A stretch of 64,000 bases of DNA from Gammaproteobacteria bacterium. GTDB taxonomy: Bacteria > Pseudomonadota > Gammaproteobacteria > Arenicellales > Arenicellaceae. The notes under the pieces were generated by a model. It was not told where the DNA came from, did no database searches, and was given only the letters and a program-made list of their open reading frames with translations. Below are positions 58,155 to 64,000 of the stretch, one piece after another (positions within the stretch are counted from its first letter, which is position 1; the number at the start of each line of letters is the position of its first letter). The DNA lies in assembly GCA_017854775.1 (NCBI GenBank), contig JAFMHC010000001.1:3095-67094 (forward strand), written 5' to 3'. The position numbers and the translations under genes were made by a program.

Positions 58155-59153
58155 ATGAAAATGTCGGATTTGGCTCGTATTGCCGGTGTGTCGAAGTCGA
58201 CAGTTTCGCGTGCGCTCGCGGATAGTGACCGAGTTACTAAAGAAACTCGTGAGCGAATACAAAAACTAGCACAGCAGCATAACTACCGAATGAATGTTAA
58301 GGCGCGAAATTTCCGCCTGCAAAATATTCTTACTATTGGCGTACTTCTGCCGTCAAATGGGCGAGCCGATTGGCTCGCGACAGACCCATTTATATTGGAA
58401 ATGTTGGGTTCAATCGCCGACGCGCTAGAAGCCAAAGGCGGCCACGAACTATTATTGGCCAAGCACTCAAATAACGACCCATCTTGGATCGAAGAGTTCG
58501 CCCGAACACGAAGTGTTGATGGCATTATTGTGGTCGGCCAAAGCCTCTATCATCAAGAGCTCAACAAAGCGGCAAGCGCGCATAAAGCAATGGTTGTCTG
58601 GGGAGCTGAAATTGTAGACCAAAAATACATTACCGTTGGCACTGATAACTATCGCGGTGGCAAACTAGCAACCGAGCACCTACTTGCCCAAGGCCGCAAG
58701 AGATTCGCCTTTCTCGGTGATACTCGATTCCCAGAAACACGTTTACGCTATGAGGGCTATAGAGACGCATTAAAAAATGCAGGCTTAGAATATCGAGCCG
58801 AGTTGACTACAGGCTCTGAGAACGCCAGCGATGTTGCGTTAAAATCTATTTCAGACTTACTCAATGCAGAACCGACCTTTGATGCGCTTGTCGCCGCCAG
58901 TGACATGTTGGCATTTAGCGCGATTAAAGCGATAGGCAATTTTGGCCTGAAAGTCCCCGATGATGTTGCCGTGGTAGGTTACGACGACATCACCTTATCG
59001 GCCTATAGCAACCCAACACTGTCGTCAATATCGCAAGACCGGCAAGCTGGCGGCCAAGCCTTGGTCGATCGCTTATTTGAGCTAATCGAAGATGGCAAGG
59101 CCAACAACACCATCATTGACACTAAGCTGGTGGTTAGAGAGTCTTCAACCTAG
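58155..59153 (+). CDS. LacI-family regulator
   Basis: MSDLARIAGVSKSTVSRAL HTH; ARNFR hinge; VPDDVAVVGYDD. Confidence 0.96.
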   Translation: MKMSDLARIAGVSKSTVSRALADSDRVTKETRERIQKLAQQHNYRMNVKARNFRLQNILTIGVLLPSNGRADWLATDPFILEMLGSIADALEAKGGHELLLAKHSNNDPSWIEEFARTRSVDGIIVVGQSLYHQELNKAASAHKAMVVWGAEIVDQKYITVGTDNYRGGKLATEHLLAQGRKRFAFLGDTRFPETRLRYEGYRDALKNAGLEYRAELTTGSENASDVALKSISDLLNAEPTFDALVAASDMLAFSAIKAIGNFGLKVPDDVAVVGYDDITLSAYSNPTLSSISQDRQAGGQALVDRLFELIEDGKANNTIIDTKLVVRESST

Positions 59154-59220
59154 CGCTATAAAGAGTCATCAACCTATAATTAAAAGTCATCAGCTTAGTG
59201 ATTAAAGAGCCATCAGCAGC
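59138..59220. repeat. 4x ~21-24-bp degenerate tandem repeat starting in the lacI 3' end
   Basis: AGAGTCTTCAACCTA / AGAGTCATCAACCTA / AAAGTCATCAGCTTA / AGAGCCATCAGC. Confidence 0.7.
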
Positions 59221-59288
59221 GACCTAATCAGTAATTATAAACACGGCGCAAATCGCGATCAGCCGGCCTCCTTCTCGAGTAGTTATAG

Positions 59289-59645
59289 TTAATCTCCCAA
59301 GTCTGGCCAGGCGAACGTGCGTTCTTTTTAGAGCTTGCTGAGTTACGTAAACAGAATGGAATTACTCAGGTGCAATTGGCCGAGACACTAGACGTATCTC
59401 AGCAAACGATTAATTCTTATGAAGTGACACGGCGACGTATCCCTGTGTCAGCACTGCCAGTTTTGGCGGGGTTATTTGATGTGTCGGTGGACGAGCGGCT
59501 AGGTGCAGGCAATAAAAAGCCCGCGAAACCCAGGCCAAGTTCGAAACTTCAACAGCAGTTAAATCGAGTCATGGCACTGCCTCGATCTAAACAGAAGTTT
59601 GTTATTGAGATGATTGATACGGTTATTCAGCAACAGGCTTCTTAA
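59289..59645 (+). pseudogene. XRE regulator of the type found beside Rhs/SymE modules, 5' end eroded
   Basis: In-frame ERAFFLELAELRKQNGITQVQLAE...KLQQQL...KQKFVIEMIDTVIQQQAS. There is no ATG between the in-frame TAG at 59286 and helix 1. Confidence 0.65.
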
Positions 59646-59694
59646 ATCTAATACACCCGACTATTTAAGAGTCGGCATTCCTAGAGGGACCGTC

Positions 59695-60060
59695 CTAGCT
59701 GTTATTTTTTCCAACTAATGACTTAAGAGCCTTACTCGCATTAGAGGCGAGCAACCTTATATTCATCCAATCTGCTCTAGAAATTATTTGACTGTCAATT
59801 TCTAGAGGTTGCACATTTTCCAAACAAGCATCTAAGGCATATTTGAATTTTTCAACTTCCAAAGCAACAGGAGCGCTCTCGCTTTCTAGTTCTTCCATAA
59901 AGTCATCAAAACAAAAATCATCATACAGAGCACAAATAGCTTCGGTAAAAGATGACGTTCTAGAATCACTTTTATTTAGTCGTACTTCTTTTTGATAAGC
60001 CTCATCAGCAATTTCGCTGATAATTTCATCTATATTTTTAGTCCAATCTTTAAATAACAT
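59695..60060 (-). CDS. putative cytoplasmic immunity protein
   Basis: Acidic 121-aa ORF; its ATG overlaps the stop of an upstream toxin remnant (TAATG). Confidence 0.65.
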   Translation of the reverse strand: MLFKDWTKNIDEIISEIADEAYQKEVRLNKSDSRTSSFTEAICALYDDFCFDDFMEELESESAPVALEVEKFKYALDACLENVQPLEIDSQIISRADWMNIRLLASNASKALKSLVGKNNS

Positions 60061-60267
60061 TACTCGCTCCCAGAGAATCTAAATTGAGGTATAAGCATAT
60101 GTATTTCTGGAGAGTTTCTAGCACTAGAATCTCCATTTGGATTCACAATAATTAACACCATTGTTATAACGAACATACGGCTCTCTATATTCACTCTGAC
60201 CCCGATAGATTTCAGGCTTTTCGTTGGGTCTATTTAGTCTTAGTTTGTTTAGTTGTGTTTTCAGTCC
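60060..60267 (-). pseudogene. frameshifted toxin C-terminal remnant
   Basis: Removing one base at 60147-60148 gives a 68-aa open frame: ...EPYVRYNNGVNYVNPNGDSSARNSPEIHMLIPQFRF... Confidence 0.55.
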
Positions 60268-60291
60268 TTATAAATTTCAGTGGTTCTATAA

Positions 60292-60825
60292 TTAATACCC
60301 TAAATCAATAAGCCCTTTAACTTTTGCAATCTCAGCTTTCAGAATTTTCCTGAAGGCCTCTTGATAATCATAAAATTCGATTTTTTGGTCGACAATCCTT
60401 AGCCTGTTTTCAAGCATTTCATGCATGAGTTTTAGATTATCAACGGTTTCCAATGGAAGCATTGTAAGCAGAGGTTCGAGGGATTTCCCCTCTAAATTCA
60501 GCTTTTGAACGCTCTCAATAAAAAGGCTCGGGCGCGCCTCCAAAGACAAGCCTAATGCTCGATATAAGTCTCCAAGTTCACCACCATCTCTTGATGAAAT
60601 TTGCCCAAAAGCGAGGCTTATAGCTAACTCGTTACCACCTTTAACCAAGCTCAATAATTTGACATATTCAGAGTCAGACGCACGACAGCCATTACACTCA
60701 ATTATCTTTTGATAGCTCGCTTGCGAAAGCTCACTAAAAAATAAGCTCCAAGGGCTCGAATCATCGGCAAAAGCACTAGTAGTACAACTGACACTGAGCA
60801 ATATCGGAATAAAATATTTTTTCAT
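60292..60825 (-). CDS. exported putative immunity protein
   Basis: MKKYFIPILLSVSC signal/lipobox; lies 7 bp downstream of the DUF5675-like fragment. Confidence 0.7.
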   Translation of the reverse strand: MKKYFIPILLSVSCTTSAFADDSSPWSLFFSELSQASYQKIIECNGCRASDSEYVKLLSLVKGGNELAISLAFGQISSRDGGELGDLYRALGLSLEARPSLFIESVQKLNLEGKSLEPLLTMLPLETVDNLKLMHEMLENRLRIVDQKIEFYDYQEAFRKILKAEIAKVKGLIDLGY

Positions 60826-60832
60826 TTTCTAC

Positions 60833-61216
60833 CTACTGTGAAATGCGAGTGCCCAAAGGAACTGGGCCACGGATTGAGTTACCACCGACAACAACCGTAA
60901 TATCTCCTGAACCATCAAAGGTAACCAAATCAAGTAAAGACTTCATAGCAGGCCTACTACGACCAACAAAATCTTGCCCTCTGGTCTCGCCGATTGCAAA
61001 GCAACCCTCGCCATTTGGAGGCGTATTACCAACATGCAGTTGCACATTGGTATATAGCGGTGCGGTACCCGTTAACTCAATTCTATTCGGATTGTGATTA
61101 GTTCGTACAAAAGCAACGAAACTTCCCTCAGGTATCGGGAACTTTCTACGGTTAGACCCTCCAACGGCATCTTCTAAATCGAAACCAGAAAATACAACTG
61201 GTGTTCGATCAACCAT
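60833..61216 (-). CDS. orphan toxin C-terminal fragment, DUF5675 / L,D-transpeptidase-like
   Basis: GFDLE...IPEGSF...VQLHVGNT...GCFAIG pattern; frame open back to the preceding stop at 61238. Confidence 0.65.
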   Translation of the reverse strand: MVDRTPVVFSGFDLEDAVGGSNRRKFPIPEGSFVAFVRTNHNPNRIELTGTAPLYTNVQLHVGNTPPNGEGCFAIGETRGQDFVGRSRPAMKSLLDLVTFDGSGDITVVVGGNSIRGPVPLGTRISQ

Positions 61217-61237
61217 ATATGTCTTGATAATTGTTTC

Positions 61238-61726
61238 TTAGTAATTCAACTGCAATGACTCAACATAGTCTTCCCAGACGGCTATTTTTGCTAACCATTC
61301 TGGCTCATCATTTACTTGATATGAATTCACAAACTCTTCTGTGTATCCAACCTCAACGCCAGAGAGCAACTTAATTGCTTTCGCTGTTTGCAAAGTATCG
61401 TTTATCGCTAATTGTTTCTTTATAGCTCGAACCAGCACTGGTAGTACCTCATCAGTATATATCCCTTGCTGAGCAAGCTCATGCAGGTGTTTGACACTAA
61501 GATTTATAGCAGTCGAGCTAAAAACTGCATAATGAGTTTCCATATTTTCTTCTAAAACTCTAACTATCTCTGGTATCCCCTTGTGACCCTTTTTCGCGGA
61601 TTTTGCTAAATCTTGCCTAAGGGTTTCAACTGAGTAATTAGCTTTAGGTGATTCTTTGCTTTCAGAAGCACACCCCAAAACCAAAGAAAGAACTAAGGTG
61701 GTAATAATTAAACTTATTCTATTCAT
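61238..61726 (-). CDS. lipoprotein, putative immunity protein
   Basis: Lipobox LVLGC; starts 2 bp after the stop of the Rhs CT. Confidence 0.72.
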   Translation of the reverse strand: MNRISLIITTLVLSLVLGCASESKESPKANYSVETLRQDLAKSAKKGHKGIPEIVRVLEENMETHYAVFSSTAINLSVKHLHELAQQGIYTDEVLPVLVRAIKKQLAINDTLQTAKAIKLLSGVEVGYTEEFVNSYQVNDEPEWLAKIAVWEDYVESLQLNY

Positions 61727-61727
61727 A

Positions 61728-62425
61728 TCAATTTGTCCTCGGCTGGTACGTTTGAAATCCTCGATCGTTATATTGAGGAACTAAATAAACATCACCATTG
61801 TAATTATCTGGAACCACTCTCGGTAAACCTTCACCGGGTTTACCATTCTTGACGCCAGAGAACACTGTTGGCCCAACAGATCCATTTAATGGCAGCCCCA
61901 AATGGTCAGCTAACAACTGTGCCATAGAACGTTCTCCATCGCCTGCGCTACATCCATGCAAAGTAATGTCGTCGGCTCCAGAAAAAAGTATTGGATCAAG
62001 TCCACTAAGGGACGCAGCACCACTGCCTAAAGCGCCGTCACCAGTATTGAAGAAATTTTGAACTGTATACAAGGAGTGTACAAACTATTCAGACCAGTAC
62101 TTGATTGATGAACATATAGACCTGCATTCCCGCTGTGCCCAAAATACTGAAGACCATCAACACCGCCCCTTTGGGCTGAGTAATCAATAACGGCATTAAT
62201 GAATTCTTTTCCACTTCCGACATTAACTATTGAGTGGTTCCCGGGATTGTTTCGAGCCCAAGTTCTAGCTGCCAATTGAAACATTGATCCTGAACCACCA
62301 GCCTGACCTACTACAACCAAATCTAATCCATTAGGGTCATAACGATTGATCGGGTTTCCAGCAACGTAGGCATAGGTATTCATGCCACCCTGTAACCCAA
62401 TCGGATCAGAGGTGACGTACCTATC
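61728..62425 (-). pseudogene. orphan Rhs C-terminal toxin cassette, frameshifted
   Basis: [34 protein letters not shown] core end; split into ORFs 62027-62383 and 61728-62072 by an 11-bp insertion. Confidence 0.85.
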
Positions 62426-62433
62426 CCGCCTCC

Positions 62434-62883
62434 CTATTTATATGGAACCCTCTTACCCGAATATTTTATTATTTTAGCATGCACTCTTTTTTCTACTAAA
62501 ATTTTGTCCAGGTTGCCAATGCGAAAAGAATGTATAGAACCTTCGCAATCATTGTAACCATAATCTAAGTCAAGAATTACATGCTCTAAGGACAACTTAT
62601 CTAAGCAAAAGAAAACGCCTTCATCTTCATCTAGGTCATCTCTGTACACCAAAGAACTGCTAAAAGCTCGCTCTCCGTCGTTCAAGGAAAAACGCGCTGA
62701 CCTGAAATTGTTACCTTCCAACACTTTAGGTGCGACAACAATAATAGGAACACTATCATCACATAGACTTTCATCGTTCAACACCTTTGCATAGACAAGG
62801 CCTGCTTTGTCATCATTGCCATATGATTGGTTAACTGAAATTAGAAAAACTGAAAAGAAAATTGCTAGATAAACTGTTTTCAT
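62434..62883 (-). CDS. exported putative immunity protein
   Basis: [22 protein letters not shown] signal peptide; TAATG overlap with the upstream toxin. Confidence 0.72.
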   Translation of the reverse strand: MKTVYLAIFFSVFLISVNQSYGNDDKAGLVYAKVLNDESLCDDSVPIIVVAPKVLEGNNFRSARFSLNDGERAFSSSLVYRDDLDEDEGVFFCLDKLSLEHVILDLDYGYNDCEGSIHSFRIGNLDKILVEKRVHAKIIKYSGKRVPYK

Positions 62884-63374
62884 TAGTGTTTGATCCATTC
62901 GTTATAGGGCGGTGTAACATTTTCACCATCGGAACTGACGTGCACAATGTCTGGGCGCGCGTAAACTGGTTGCCCTCCAAGTAAATCTGACAATTTTTGC
63001 GCAAAAGAGTCCTCGCCGCCGCCAACATAACAAGCATAAAGATAGATGGGTTTATCTGGGGAATAATTAGGTAAACCCCTTAGTTGGCGAGCCACATCAG
63101 TAGGCATATCCCATCCTGTGTAATTTTTTCTATTTTCTATCGCCTCGCCATTTTTATCTCCATGGCCACCAACGCTGAGAGACCCTTCTGGAGGCTGTAC
63201 CCTTTGCAATCTACCTCTGTATTTATCGCCATCTCCAGCGCGTATTAGGTTGAGATCCACTTGCAACCCTAAGGCATCAGTCCATTTCAAAGGATTCCCA
63301 CCAACATACCCATAAGTATTCAAACCACCTCGTAACCCAATCGGATCAGAGGTGACATATCTATCTGTCTCCAA
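62883..63374 (-). CDS. orphan Rhs C-terminal toxin cassette
   Basis: [34 protein letters not shown], then VGGHG...LYAC. Confidence 0.88.
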   Translation of the reverse strand: METDRYVTSDPIGLRGGLNTYGYVGGNPLKWTDALGLQVDLNLIRAGDGDKYRGRLQRVQPPEGSLSVGGHGDKNGEAIENRKNYTGWDMPTDVARQLRGLPNYSPDKPIYLYACYVGGGEDSFAQKLSDLLGGQPVYARPDIVHVSSDGENVTPPYNEWIKH

Positions 63375-63387
63375 ATAATTGCAGCAA

Positions 63388-63639
63388 TTACAGTTGCAAT
63401 ATCCTTATTAGTGCCTGAATACTAAAAAAAACACTAATAAGAGTAAGGAAAACATAGTAAATTTTAGCGTTTCCTCTATTACAGTCCTTGTATAAAAAAA
63501 GTAAAAGTCCGAATACGAGCAAGCACAATAGAAGCTGGAAGGATAAAATCGATAAATACCCGACTGAACTACTTACGAAGTTTAATACGACGATAATAGT
63601 TAGTAAGAGATGCAGAAGAACGTTAATAATAGTTTTCAT
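63388..63639 (-). CDS. small membrane protein, putative immunity protein
   Basis: 83 aa, three TM segments; ATGA overlap with the upstream toxin stop. Confidence 0.65.
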   Translation of the reverse strand: MKTIINVLLHLLLTIIVVLNFVSSSVGYLSILSFQLLLCLLVFGLLLFLYKDCNRGNAKIYYVFLTLISVFFSIQALIRILQL

Positions 63640-64000
63640 CTTGATGTGCTCGAATTTGATGATCCAGAAGTACTTGTAGCTCCTCCAGACGTTGTAGCAC
63701 CTGTTGAACTGCTGAGGCCAGTGCCGCGAGACTGAGGCTTCCAAGCTCTTGGAGGAGCAGTTCCTGGCACTCCAGGAGCGTTACTAAATTGCTCCTGACT
63801 CCAAGTTCTGCACGTATCGTCCCAACCATAAATAGATGTTGACCTTAATTTGCTATCTAACAGCTTTTTGAACGCCTCATTTTGTGCGGCTGTGGTTTTT
63901 TTAAAAGCCTCAATAGTCCCACCTTTTGCAGTATCAGGATAAACCTCTCCCTGCAAGAAGTTGCCGTTCACGCCATAGCTATAAGATGAATACCTGCCAT
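63636..64000 (-). CDS. probable Rhs toxin C-terminal region (5' end outside the window)
   Basis: Frame is open to the window edge (GRYSSYSYGVNGN...); YGWDDTCRTWS; Ser/Thr/Gly-rich tail. Confidence 0.6.
   Translation of the reverse strand, partial: GRYSSYSYGVNGNFLQGEVYPDTAKGGTIEAFKKTTAAQNEAFKKLLDSKLRSTSIYGWDDTCRTWSQEQFSNAPGVPGTAPPRAWKPQSRGTGLSSSTGATTSGGATSTSGSSNSSTSR

Noticed and set aside
59657-59675. CCGACT-N7-AGTCGG hairpin as a terminator or attC site
   Set aside because: Short stem, no U tract on either strand, and no GTT core geometry.

Overview
Ordinary bacterial chromosome. The gene content looks gammaproteobacterial (fxsA-groES-groEL, thrH, trmL, TonB receptor); this host assignment is an inference. 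No rRNA, tRNA or CRISPR array was seen. In order along the window: (1) 1-1200: three small minus-strand ORFs separated by attC-like sites, with no integrase at the array head (probable CALIN). (2) 1376-7893: acyltransferase, XRE regulator, PspA, a large membrane protein, and an ECF sigma/anti-sigma/DUF4097 operon. (3) 7919-12010: tandem-HxlR regulator, carotenoid oxygenase and thiolase. (4) 12697-17524: a tight operon of CheA-like transmembrane kinase, response regulator, CheX, Amt and a hypothetical gene. (5) 18917-21638: groESL and fxsA with a sigma32-like promoter and a CIRCE element that has an 8-nt spacer. (6) 21747-36347: housekeeping and lipid-catabolism genes. (7) 36457-46585: YjfI, PspA, YqiJ-like, flotillin and a 1784-aa AAA+ ATPase, preceded by a triple TTACATGTAA operator. 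(8) 47098-51236: an AT-rich two-gene island encoding an alpha/beta-hydrolase-STAND protein and an AAA_35 STAND-TPR protein with a SecA-tail-like C-terminus. This is the best candidate for an undescribed paired-NLR-like defence system. (9) 51983-59153: a sucrose/fructoside utilisation locus. (10) 59289-64000: an eroded array of orphan Rhs toxin/immunity cassettes running off the window end. All family assignments come from motif recognition by eye; no searches were run.
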